Source: Paramoeba atlantica
Lineage: Eukaryota > Protista > Discosea
Assembly (NCBI GenBank): GCA_977017575.1
Contig: CDRNVI010000043.1
Location: 62,001 to 126,000 of the forward strand
Reading direction: 5' to 3'
Length of the DNA: 64,000 nt
The notes beneath the pieces were generated by a model that saw nothing but the letters and a program-made list of their open reading frames with translations, was not told where the DNA came from and did no database searches. Each line of letters starts with the position of its first letter. The stretch's first letter is position 1. The position numbers and the translations under genes are program-made. This document shows, piece by piece, positions 30,880-42,205 of this stretch.

Positions 30880-32070
30880 CTACAGTTACTATCGAAAAGC
30901 GTTAATGTAAGGCAAAATTACCACATAAGGGTGCACCCCCCACAAGCCTCCCTTGACCTGACCAGAAATTTTGACGAAAAGGTTAACAGCGTATTACAGT
31001 CATGGTTTGGCAAGCTAACTGCCGAGCAAATTTCATGGATGCGGCTGCCACTAAAGAAAGGTGGCTTAGGCCTGAGTCCGACAGAACCCTTTCGCCAAAC
31101 GGCATACGAGACCTCTAAAAGCATCTATCTTGAGCACTTTAATCTTAATTCAGCTCGGGAGTGCTTATTAGCGGCCCCTAAACCCGTCGGCGAGAATTCG
31201 ATTACGGACTCTAAGGCCAACACTGCGTTATATCACGAAAACATTCGTACACGTCTCATGTTGAACCCAAAGACGGCGTCTGCCATCCTGTCCGCAAGCG
31301 AAAAGGGGAACCACGAGTGGCTGATGTACACTGCACGATTCGTTCCTTCACAGCAATTCACTTTCGCCATACTGCCGCGATTTAATCTACCACATCCGAA
31401 CTTACCACCAAACGTACAATGTCCGGGGTGTCAAGTCACAGATGACTCAGCCACAGCACTGCGGCACATCCCTGCATGTACGAAATGTCCGGGAATCAAC
31501 GCTACAACTAAGCACAATGCCCTCGTACGCTATATATATGGGCTGTGCCTCAAAGCAGGATTGCCGGCTGAACGCGAACCACGACAGTTCACATCTTACA
31601 ATTGTATGAAGTGCTCCGAAACAGTCGCCGAACGTCTTAAAAATGAGCACATGAAGAAGTGTACTACGGGACGCATGCATCGCACAGGGCCAGACCTTGT
31701 TATCTACTGGGCTTCTGGAGAAAAATTCTATGACCTTACCGTTGTTCATGAATTGGCCCCATCGCATCAAGGCAAAAAGGCGCCCCAACTCATGCGTGAC
31801 GCGATCTCCCGCAAGAAAAATACCTATGTCGCATCAGGTTTGATCGAATCAGGACAATTCGAATGCATACCGATGCTCGCCGGAGGGGCACTTCATAAAA
31901 ACACACGCAATCTACTATACGCGCTCGCGGACCGTTGCCAAATGCCTAGAGAAGATGTGATTCAACATTTTATTCTGCATCTCCAGGAACTAAACGGAAC
32001 AACAACGCATGCTCACATGCGTCCGTTTCTTTCTTCCAATATGCAGGAAAAGGAATATGGTTTTTAATAT
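30880..32070 (+). pseudogene. 3' part of CRE-A (end of RT + RLE), uninterrupted reference copy
   Basis: ORF 30931-32067: RLPLKKGGLGL, CPGC..HIPAC, KHNALV, GPDLVI, YDLTVVH. Confidence 0.88.
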
Positions 32071-32498
32071 GAGAGAGAAGAAGAGAAGTCTCATTTAACC
32101 AATGCAGACAATCCCAATGATTTACAGCGTAGCGAAAAAAAGATAATATAGAAATGCATCAAGTAAAGATGCATATAAAAAAAACACACATCTGGGCATA
32201 GACTTCGTTTCCATTTAAGTCTTGAAGCATCAATTTGAATTCCATTTCCACTCTCCCTCGATCCAGCATTGCCGCATCCGCCAAAGAGTAAAGTACGAAC
32301 CTCGTGTTTTGGTGGAGAGATCCACAAGAAAGCACGGGTAGACACTGGAAAGCATAATCAGGAATCATTCCGGTGGCGATGTACGTTTCATTCTTGCGTG
32401 CGATGACATCTTGCAGAAGTTTCGTGCAAGTCTTGTTTTTTTTTCTTTTTTTCTTGTTTTGGTTTTTGTTTTGGTTTTTTTTGGTTACATAGAGAAAT

Positions 32499-33203
32499 TG
32501 TTGGGGGGCTTACAATGGTTTAGACCAAGTTTGTCGTCACTACTCCCTGAATCATAGTAAGGAGTTTGTGAACGAGAAGGGATATCATACTAATGGTGCT
32601 GAGAGTGTCCACAACACCATTAAATATTGTGTAAGACTCCAACACTATAATTCTGGGGCAACAACGTTGGAGTTGCAGCGAAACGTCGCGCTCCAGTGTG
32701 TAAAGTATGGGGATACCCATAATGGCTGCGAGCAGTCTTAGCAGAGTCGCTTTGTTAATATAATGAAGTGTATTAAAGACAACTACGGTTTTCCCGTTCC
32801 CGAAGAATTTGAGGAACTCAGTTCCGACAGTTGCGCATCAGACTACGAGGGATGATGCTTTTTATAATATTTGTTCATGCGCAGTCTTTTTTTGTGTATT
32901 ACTTATTTTCCTGGGACTCAGGGCTCAACCTGACTGGCTAAAAAAAAACAAGAAAAAAAAAATAACCTTTTCCAACGGTAATTCAGTCTCGCTTACAATA
33001 AAAAACCAAGCTCCGTTCGTCGAGCTTTTTTTTTACAAAAAAAATTGCGTTTTCATTCATCGAACAGGACATCCTGTTCGATGAATGATTCATCGAACGG
33101 GTCGTACTGCAATCCATTCATCGAACAGGATGTCCTGTTCGATAAATATTCATCGAACGGACAGTGCGTTCGATGAGTATTCATCGAGTGCCCCCCCCTC
33201 CCC
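32499..33203 (+). mobile_element. Second copy of the Merlin transposase fragment and right end
   Basis: Near-identical to 29186-29890 at offset 3313. Confidence 0.82.
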
Positions 33204-33313
33204 GAGAAATCGGCCAGGGGGGGCATTCGATGAATATAATCGAACGCACCGTGCGTTCGATGAATGCCTCTGTGGTCGCGCACTGAGGACCTATGTCTGC
33301 CACTGAGGACTTA

Positions 33314-35094
33314 TTCTTTTTTAGGCTCTTCGTTAAACGCGGTGGTTGTTTTCAACTTAGAAGTCACTCATGCTGCGCGCTTCGCGTTGAAAACTACCGC
33401 CGCGTTTAACGAAGAGCCTAAAAAAGAAAATTTAGCCTGGAAAACGGAAAGATTATAGCCAAAAATAGCCGAATTTCGGGTACAAATGGGGTCATTTTCG
33501 CATATTTTTGCTGTCAGAGCACTAAATCCGACATTTGCGCGTGGGAAATCACTCGCAGGCATGAATGAAAGCCTACCGAACGTATTGGGTAGAGAATACG
33601 ACTCCAACCATACCATTCTTTCGACACAAAAATGCCCCTTTAGGTCCGAAAAATACTTTTTCACCTTTTTTAGTCAAAAATGGGTCATTTTGAGGGGCGC
33701 ACCATAGTTCGAAGAAGTGATACCTTGCGAAAACAACTGCGGAGAAAGCTAGTGTAGGTTCCAAACTATCAAAATACAATAGGGGAAACGATTTTGGAAA
33801 AATATTTTTTGTGCCATTTTTTTCGCCAAGTTGAAATTTTTTTCAAAACATTTTTTCCGAAAAAATCCGAACTTGGCGGACCCGTCCTGCGGATACGCGG
33901 GGGGGTCACCCCCGGGTAGGGGGGTGGAAAATGCGCGCCAAGACCCCGGCTACCCTTTCTGCGTTTTTTTTTCGAAAACTAATTTTTTCGAAAAAATTTG
34001 CTCGACCATGACCCCCCCCCTGGACCCCCCCCATGGACCCCCCATTTTTTTCAATTTTGTTTTTCTGTTTTGGACCACCGGAGCCCCCTTTTATATTTTT
34101 TTCTTCTATTATATTACTGTGTTCCTCTTTATATTTACACTGTTTTTGTTCACTGTTTTTTCAATAATCGAGGGTAGAGCGGTAGTTATACAACCACCGC
34201 AATATAAACGTTAGGCTCTTCGTTAAACGCGGTGGTTGTTTTCAACTTAGAAGTCACTCATGCTGCGCGCTTCGCGTTGAAAACGGAAAAGATTATAGCC
34301 AAAAATAGCCGAATTTCGGGTACAAATGGGGTCATTTTCGCATATTTTTGCTCTCAGAGCACTAAATCCGACATTTGCGCATGGGAAATCACTCGCAGGC
34401 ATGAATGAAAGCCTACCGAACGTATTGGGTAGAGAATGCGACTCCAACCATACCATTCTTTCGACACAAAAATGCCCCTTTAGGTCCGAAAAATACTTTT
34501 TCACCTTTTTTAGTCAAAAGTGGGTCATTTTGGGGGGCGCACCACAGTTCGAAGAAGTGATACCTTGCGAAAACAACTGCTTAGAAAGCTAGTGTAGGTC
34601 CCAAACTATCAAAATACAATAGGGGAAACGATTTTGGAAAAATATTTTTTTTGCCATTTTTTTCGCCAAGTTGAAATTTTTTTCGAAAAAAATTTTCCGA
34701 AAAAATCCGAACTTGGCGGACCCGTCCTGCGGATACGCGGGGGGGTCACCCCCGGGTAGGGGGGTGGAAAATGCGCGCCAAGACCCCGGCTACCCTTTCT
34801 GCGGTTTTTTTTCGAAAACTAATTTTTTCGAAAAAATTTGATCGACCATGCCCCCCCCCTGGACCCCCCCCCCTGGACCCCCCCCTGGACCCCCCCCCTG
34901 GACCCCCCCCCCTGGACCCCCCCCATGGACCCCCCATTTTTTTCAAATTTTTTTTTCAGTTTTGGACCACCGGAGCCCCCTTTTATATTTTTTTCTTCTA
35001 TTATATTACTGTGTTCCTCTTTATATTTTCACTGTTTTTGTTCACTTTTTTTTCAATAATCGAGTGTAGAGCGGTAGTTTTACAACCACCGCAA
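33314..35094 (+). mobile_element. Head-to-tail tandem pair of the ~0.9-kb HINE-like repeat (copies B and C)
   Basis: Copy B ends caaccaccgcaat at 34203 and copy C begins ttaggctcttcg at 34212. Confidence 0.7.
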
Positions 35095-35427
35095 TTTTTA
35101 TTAAGATAACAATTTTTATTAAGATAACAATTTTTATTAAGATAACAATTTTTATTAAGATAACAATTTTTATTAAGATAACAATTTTTATTAAGATAAC
35201 GATTTCTATTAAAGATAACAATTTTATTAAGATAACAATTTTTATTAAGATAACAATTTTTATTAAGATAACAATTTTTATTAAGATAACAATTTTTATT
35301 AAGATAACAATTTTTATTAAGATAACAATTTTTATTAAGATAACAATTTTTATTAAGATAACAATTTTTATTAAGGTAACAATTTTTATTAAGATAACAA
35401 TTTTATTAAGATAACAATTTTTATTAA
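35093..35427 (+). repeat. 18-bp tandem array (AAGATAACAATTTTTATT)n at the 5' end of RTE-X
   Basis: About 18 near-perfect units ending directly at an ATG whose product (AEASG..LFLP..AKLR) matches the RTE N-termini. Confidence 0.95.
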
Positions 35428-36910
35428 TGGCAATTAATAATAATTGGGCGGAGGCGTCCGGACCTTTTGGGGTTTCTTGGCGGTCAAAGAAAAACTCCGA
35501 TTGGCCACGTGTTGTCGGGGAAACCCTGTTTCTACCTAAAAAGCGGAAATGGGGAGTAGCCAAACTCCGGCCGCGGGACCTATTTCGAATTTGATGATAA
35601 GGATTCTATTTTACATAGGCAGCTCTTTTTAAACGGCATCTCACTTCACCTCTACCTGATGAGTGCAATCAACGGGTACAATGGCATGGCATTTTTGAGC
35701 ACTAAACCTCTATCTGTTCAGAGATTAGCGATCGCATTATGAGTGGACACTTCATTCTAGGTGAAACGAAAGCCTGCTTTTACAACGTCTATTCACCTAC
35801 AGCGAAAGCTAACAAATCGACGCAACAAAGTTTTGACGAAGACTTATTCGATGCATGGTATGACGATGATAGTACGGTAAGAATCATTAGTGGAGATCTA
35901 AATTCGCCGCTACTCAACCCAGGGGGGAGAAAATGTTATACAAAGCGTGCAAAACAGTTACGAAAGCTACTATGCTCGCTTGGAGCTCAATCTGTACATG
36001 AAGGCTGTTGTGCAAGAAGAAAATGGACGTATAGGTTTCCTAAAACGCGTCGGCATCCAGAGGGAATGACCAAGCAACTTGACCACATCGTTGTTAACAA
36101 AAGGTTTTTCTCTTCTATACGATCCACGAAATGCCACATCGCACCCATACCTACCAGACATTGTGCTTTGACATCGAACTTCAATTTTCGATGGAAAAAT
36201 CAAAAACTGTCTCAACAAAAGCCTTTTGGGGAGGCATTGAAAAATGATGAAATCCGAAATAAGTTTGTTTCGAAAAGTAAAGGAATCATTGAAATCTGTG
36301 CCAAAAAGAATTCGGTCGGAGGATCAGAAGTCCGAAAACGCGCCAAAAACGGAAATAGATAAGGCCAGAGAAATATCTTGGGCAAGACTCTCTTCTGCTG
36401 TTAGAGTGTCCGCATCTAGTCTGCCCAAGAAAACTAGTAACGCACACACACACACACACACAACACTGAAGGCATTACCCTTCCAGTTGAGAAACTGTTA
36501 AAGCTTCACTAAATATATGCTCCTAAAACTAGAACTAATAGAATTTGATACCCACACCATCGTGCGCCCTATTGGTGGATATATTTTTCCATTACTTTCG
36601 TTTTGAGTACACCCCTGAGTTTACAGGTTGGATGTTCGGAAATGTTTCTTTTCGCTTTGTTCAAATTCTGCGTTAGCAAGCGAAGACGCGGTGTCTAGTA
36701 ACTTACCTTTTCTCTTACGCCGCATCCGACGCTCCTCACGGGTTGGGTTCGTGGTTTCTTTTCTATTGTTTTAAGGCACGCTATCCACTCATACTCGGAG
36801 TGGGCCGATTCATTTCCTCGGTTCAGGTTTTTTCTTCGTTTAGAAATAGGTTCCGAACTAACGAGCTTTTTACTTAAGGTATCCGCTTCTTCATTCCATT
36901 TATTCCCACA

Positions 36911-37840
36911 ATTGCGGTGGTTGTAAAACTACCGCTCTACACTCGATTATTGAAAAAAAAGTGAACAAAAACAGTGAAAATATAAAGAGGAACACAGTAA
37001 TATAATAGAAGAAAAAAATATAAAAGGGGGCTCCGGTGGTCCAAAACTGAAAATTTTTTTTGAAAAAAATGGGGGGTCCATGGGGGGGGTCCATGGGGGG
37101 GGTCCAGGGGGGGGGTCCAGGGGGGGGGTCCAGGGGGGGGGGGCATGGTCGAGCAAATTTTTTCGAAAAAATTAGTTTTCGAAAAAAAACCGCAGAAAGG
37201 GTAGCCGGGGTCTTGGCGCGCATTTTCCACCCCCCTACCCGGGGGTGACCCCCCCGCGTATCCGCAGGACGGGTCCGCCAAGTTCGGAATTTTTCGGAAA
37301 AAATTTTTTGAAAAAAATTTCAACTTGGCGAAAAAAATGACAAAAAAAATATTTTTCCAAAATCGTTTCCCCTATTGTATTTTGATAGTTTGGGACCTAC
37401 ACTAGCTTTCTACGCAGTTGTTTTCGCAAGGTATCACTTCTTCGAACTGTGGTGCGCCCCTCAAAATGACCCATTTTTGACTAAAAAAGGTGAAAAAGTA
37501 TTTTTCGGACCTAAAGGGGCATTTTTGTGTCGAAAGAATGGTATGGTTGGAGTCGCATTCTCTACCCAATACGTTCGGTAGGCTTTCATTCATGCCTGCG
37601 AGTGATTTCCCACGCGCAAATGTCGGATTTAGTGCTCTGAGAGCAAAAATATGCGAAAATGACCCCATTTGTACCCGAAATTCGGCTATTTTTGGCTATA
37701 ATCTTTCCGTTTTCCCGGCTAAATTTTCTTTTTTAGGCTCTTCGTTAAACGCGGCGGTAGTTTTCAACGCGAAGCGCGCAGCACGAGTGACTTCTAAGTT
37801 GAAAGCAACCACCGCGTTTAACGAAGAGCCTAAAAAAGAA
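36911..37840 (-). mobile_element. HINE-like repeat copy D inserted in the RNase H of RTE-Y
   Basis: Flanks rejoin to KVRGH-CGNKWNEEAD (ggccat/tgtggg). No long TSD. Confidence 0.8.
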
Positions 37841-40800
37841 ATGGCCTCGGACCTTAATAAAGGTGATGGTTCTCCCCTGACAATGCGCTGATCGAATAAA
37901 ACTATCCAGAAAACTAAGCAGATCGGAATTCAAGCCTTCAAAACCAACCAGTCGATCTTTCCTTCGGCGCATATTTACAAAATTCCACACATAATACGAA
38001 TCTGTGTGTACAACAACATTTTCAACTTCTTTTAGTTTACTCAAACCAAATAGGGCAGCGTGAATTTCGGCTCTTTCAGGAGATTTGGTTTCCAGGTAGG
38101 ATAGGGAGGACGAAAAACTTTCATGCTTCTCTGCGTTTACTATTACACATCCAACTGCTACCTTTACCCTTGTGTCCGTATCATCGGAGATAGAAGCATC
38201 CACGTACGCATGCATTTCCTCTGGTTTTACAGGAAAAGGGATTTCCCCTTCTTCGATAAATTGTAATTTATTACACACTGTTTCTTTTAAAGCGTTTTTG
38301 TATGCTAGTTTCCATTTAGGACTTTTGTAGCCAATATAAGACTCTGAGGGCTCGAGTCTCTCTGAGAGGTTTTCAATTAATTTGGCCCAGTGTGCGCGAT
38401 CAGAGGCATATACAAGCATTTCTTCCATCTCAATCCCAAGGTCTTGTGCGCATGCTTCGGAAGGCGATGGAAATCTCGCCTTTTCCCGGGAGCCCCATCC
38501 TACTAAAGAGCGGTAGATCTCAGAGTGCCTAATTTGGTGACCCACAAGGCGCGCCCGATTAATACGATGCATTGTATTGAAATGTAGCGTGTTGTGGTAC
38601 AGAGATTCAATAGGATAACAGTGCCCATTCTCATCAACTCCTACGGCGTCACACACGATGCGCCTCATGTTGTTTACTTGTACTTCAACGTTTCTCACCT
38701 GCGATGCCGATATCACCATGGATGACGTACCGTAGTTTAGTATTGGATAGACAAGGGTGTCAAAAATTCGAAGCTTAGCCTTTACGCGAAGAGGCGAGAT
38801 CCAAATACCTCGTAGTTTGCTAAAACACGCCCACGTCAAACGTAATCTGTCGGTTAATGTTAATTTAGGCTCGGTTTCATGCTGAACATGCCCCAGATGG
38901 CGGTACGAGTTTACTTTCGGAATGTTCCCACAAGTTGATGAAAGGAGATCGCCATCCTTATTCTCATTCTTCGAGATGGACATCCATGCCGTGTTGTTGA
39001 CACCAGCGGCTATACTCAAATTAGCTTTGGATGCTTCAGTAGCGACGCTGTCGACCATCCTTTCTAATGAACGTTTGGAGTCGGAAAACAGGATCAAATC
39101 ATCAGCGTAATCAATATCAGTCACTCGTGTTGATTTATATCCACGTTTTCTGGTTCCGGCGGAGCTCAGCGTCAGTCCATCATCTTTATTTTTCAATGCT
39201 GCGTGAAGGATGCGATCGAGAACCATGATAAATAAATACGGAGCCAGCACATCCCCTTGCAAAATACCCGAGGTAATAGAAAAGGAGCTGGTTTTCCCAA
39301 ACGGGGTACGTACAATGGCCTCTAAGCCCTCGTAGGCCGACATTGCAAGGGTTGTCATTCGAGGTCCTACGTGGAACGAATGTAACGCTGCCCTGATAGA
39401 TGAGTGTGAAAGCGATGGAAAGGCACTCGCGAAGTCGATGAAAGCAATCATGACATTTTCGTGACTTCGATTTCGTCTTGATTTCGTGAGGATTTCATTG
39501 AGAATAATTTGGGCTCCACAGGTGGACCTCTCCGGGCGGAAACCATATTGATTTTCGCGTAGAACTCGCTCGGTCGAGGGCCGAATACGATTCAAAATCA
39601 TACCGTTAATTAGCTTGAGGATAACGTTGACAAGACATATTGGGCGCCAATTCCGCAGCTCGGAAAGATCACCTTTTTTCGGTACGGGGACTTGCAGAAC
39701 GGTTTTCCAGAGATGGTGCGTCTTTCCCGTTTCAAGGGCTTTGTTGATGATTCCAAGAAGGAGATGGCGTAAAGAATTTTCTTCGAGTATGGATATGTAC
39801 GCTTCCGCTGGTATCTCGTCGAGTCCTGGAGCTTTTCCTCGTTTAAGTCTACGCGCAGCGCATGCAAGTTCATCTTCTGTGAAAGGTGAATCCATGATTT
39901 CTCCTTCAAAGTTTTTGGCCTCATCAAATTCAACTTTTGTGTCTCCAACACCTCGGTTAGCAATTTTGGAGAAGAAGTCCTTAACGGCTGCTAGTCGTTT
40001 CCGGTTTGATTGACCTGCGCCATAATTAAAAATTGTTTTCCTCATTCCGCATATTTCGCGAATGAATCCCCAAGGGCTGGAATGGTTTTTCCGTAGTTTT
40101 TCTTGGAGAATTGCACATTCAGCTTCAATTGTGTCCTCAATTTGCTCACGACTCTTGTCTACAAGACCTTTGAATGTATGCGCATTTCGACTAGATTTGT
40201 ACAGGGCGCTGAGTGATAATATTTCCTCTTGTTTGTTTGTTTCTTCTCGTTGCCCATTGGATTTACTTAAGTCACTTGGTGCCTCGAAATCCGGAAGTGT
40301 TTTCTGTGCCGCATATAGTATCCCCTCTGATAAAACCTCCCACGGGTCGGGTCTTCCCTCTCCGATTACTTTGAAAACAGCTTGTTGTGTACATTTATTG
40401 AATTCCTTGCAAATATTTTCTGATTTTAGGTTGTACCATGGCAAATGATTGACAGGTTGTGTTTCATGCGCTTTCCACTTAATCTTGAGACGGGTGACAA
40501 CCGAGCAGTGCTGCGTTGGGAAAGGAGCAAGTAAAACTTTATGATGTTGTATTGCTGACGCGTATCGATTGGAAATTATAATATGATCTAATTGTCTCTC
40601 AGCGCCATTGGGAAGTTTACAAGTCCACTTTCGAGAGCTTGGTGAGAGAGTGTGGGCAGACTTGCAACCAACGTCTACAAGTAAGGCACGAAATCGAGCT
40701 ACAGCTGCTTTGTCTTCAGCAGTTTTGTTGAACAGCGTTAAAGGGGAATTAAAATCTCCAATTAAGATCGTAGGTCGTTGGGGGTTCGTGGATTCAAGAT

Positions 40801-41710
40801 CGCGAACGGCCTTTCTTAAAGAAGCGTCGAAGGTAGATTTCATTTCCTTAGAAGAATCCCTAATGGGACCGTACACATTGAATAGTGTAGCGTTCCCGTT
40901 TTCCCAAGGAAACTGTGCAGTCATAATCCGTTCTGAGATAACCCGCACCTTTTCCAATGGAAAAGTACTAACGAGCGCCATTCCGTTGTAAGAACGGTCG
41001 GACGTTGCTGAGGAAAAATATAAGTAATACGTAACGCCGGTGTCCTCCGTTTGCTGACGTAGAATCTCACCAAAGAGACGAGAATCAAAACGGAACCTCG
41101 TTTCCTGCAACCCCAGTATGTGAATCCTCTTGCTACTCATAAGGTTCAATATTTCCTTCAATCGGACACACGATCGAATAGAAAACAAATCCCCCCCCTC
41201 TAATTTTAATGAGGTCACATTCAGGGTCGCTATGGACAACTTCTCCTTCACAGCCGAACCATTTTGGTTCTCCAAAGCGCGATCGACATGCTCGCCGGGC
41301 GACGTCGATTTGGTAGCGCAGCGACGCCATCGTCTCTTACGCCGGGAGGGAGCCGATCTCATTCGAACAGCGCATATGATAACTCTTGCGGAAATGGGGG
41401 GGAAGGGAAACACCAGGTCAGCTCTTTGACGATACTTCACGCTGAAGCGATCAGTATCCTCAAAGTTTCCCATAACATCTCCCTCCCATAGTCGGTATTT
41501 CCGAGAACCATCATACCGCCATACGACTGCAATATGGCAACCTCTACGCATCCAGCGCATGAGACTTGATAACGCACTGCGACGGAGTTTTGCACCCTTA
41601 TTTTCAACCGGAATAGGCGGCAGAAAAAGAGAGCCCCGACCAAGCGTGGAACGATCGAGACATTCGCGAACAACGCGCACCTCGACCGCACCGGACGCAT
41701 CCGTCGTCAT
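37745..41710 (-). CDS. APE endonuclease-RT-RNase H polyprotein of RTE-Y (true frame ends at ~37841, resumes at 36910)
   Basis: IATLNV, ILGLQET, LIGDFN, QLDHII; NWRPICL, FIDFASAF, GILQGDVLAPYLF, YADD; YVDAS, RAEIHAA, HTDS, KVRGH. Confidence 0.92.
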   Translation of the reverse strand: MTTDASGAVEVRVVRECLDRSTLGRGSLFLPPIPVENKGAKLRRSALSSLMRWMRRGCHIAVVWRYDGSRKYRLWEGDVMGNFEDTDRFSVKYRQRADLVFPFPPISARVIICAVRMRSAPSRRKRRWRRCATKSTSPGEHVDRALENQNGSAVKEKLSIATLNVTSLKLEGGDLFSIRSCVRLKEILNLMSSKRIHILGLQETRFRFDSRLFGEILRQQTEDTGVTYYLYFSSATSDRSYNGMALVSTFPLEKVRVISERIMTAQFPWENGNATLFNVYGPIRDSSKEMKSTFDASLRKAVRDLESTNPQRPTILIGDFNSPLTLFNKTAEDKAAVARFRALLVDVGCKSAHTLSPSSRKWTCKLPNGAERQLDHIIISNRYASAIQHHKVLLAPFPTQHCSVVTRLKIKWKAHETQPVNHLPWYNLKSENICKEFNKCTQQAVFKVIGEGRPDPWEVLSEGILYAAQKTLPDFEAPSDLSKSNGQREETNKQEEILSLSALYKSSRNAHTFKGLVDKSREQIEDTIEAECAILQEKLRKNHSSPWGFIREICGMRKTIFNYGAGQSNRKRLAAVKDFFSKIANRGVGDTKVEFDEAKNFEGEIMDSPFTEDELACAARRLKRGKAPGLDEIPAEAYISILEENSLRHLLLGIINKALETGKTHHLWKTVLQVPVPKKGDLSELRNWRPICLVNVILKLINGMILNRIRPSTERVLRENQYGFRPERSTCGAQIILNEILTKSRRNRSHENVMIAFIDFASAFPSLSHSSIRAALHSFHVGPRMTTLAMSAYEGLEAIVRTPFGKTSSFSITSGILQGDVLAPYLFIMVLDRILHAALKNKDDGLTLSSAGTRKRGYKSTRVTDIDYADDLILFSDSKRSLERMVDSVATEASKANLSIAAGVNNTAWMSISKNENKDGDLLSSTCGNIPKVNSYRHLGHVQHETEPKLTLTDRLRLTWACFSKLRGIWISPLRVKAKLRIFDTLVYPILNYGTSSMVISASQVRNVEVQVNNMRRIVCDAVGVDENGHCYPIESLYHNTLHFNTMHRINRARLVGHQIRHSEIYRSLVGWGSREKARFPSPSEACAQDLGIEMEEMLVYASDRAHWAKLIENLSERLEPSESYIGYKSPKWKLAYKNALKETVCNKLQFIEEGEIPFPVKPEEMHAYVDASISDDTDTRVKVAVGCVIVNAEKHESFSSSLSYLETKSPERAEIHAALFGLSKLKEVENVVVHTDSYYVWNFVNMRRRKDRLVGFEGLNSDLLSFLDSFIRSAHCQGRTITFIKVRGHFFFRLFVKRGGCFQLRSHSCCALRVENYRRV

Positions 41711-41821
41711 TTTGTTAAAATCTTAACAAAAAGATGGTCTAGTAACGCAACTGGACTAGTAACGCAAAATAAATTCGCATTGATGCTGAAACAGATCTAT
41801 CCGGATTTGACATGAAGTCTC

Positions 41822-42205
41822 CCAAAAAAAATACAAATCATTCCGGATTGCTCCGGATGGTCACTGGCAAGCCAGACCCTTCACAGACAGATTTGGAAGT
41901 TCCGAGGCCGACGTCCTCTTCCAGTTTCCGCTTGTCCAAGGCGGCACCAACATGCTGTTGCCAACACGCTGCGTCGACGAACTGTACGTCAACACGGCCC
42001 ACCCAAGAGGTGTAAGCCGGGTAAGGGAGCTGGTTCCCTGAGGGGAGGGTCCGGGACGGTCCTCCGAGTACTGGGCCTAGTCGGTTCTCAGCCCAGCCTC
42101 TTAGAGTGAGGCCGCCAGGAATATTGCGATGAGTGGGTTTGAACTCGCCGTCTGGGCACCATGTGCTTCAAACTTTGAGTTCTTGCCACTCCGCCACCTC
42201 CGCAC
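41822..42205 (-). mobile_element. tRNA-derived SINE (full-length, copy a)
   Basis: 12-bp TSD acatgaagtctc (41810-41821, 42206-42217). Head has A box TGGCGGAGTGG and B box GAGTTCAAACC. Confidence 0.85.

Larger units (their letters stand above)
28546..34203 (+). repeat. Tandem segmental duplication with a 3313-bp period
   Basis: 28546-30876 matches 31857-34203. The ORF track repeats at +3312/+3313 (28779/32091, 29207/32520, 29496/32809). Confidence 0.9.
36445..41755 (-). mobile_element. RTE-Y, full-length RTE-like LINE with (TG)n tail
   Basis: 11-bp TSD ctagtaacgca (36434-36444; 41739-41749 and 41756-41766). ORF from ATG 41710 has APE, RT and RNase H and is broken only by HINE copy D. Confidence 0.88.

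Noticed and set aside
35042-35563. (IKIVIL)n ORF
   Set aside because: Translation of the 18-bp array on the non-coding strand.
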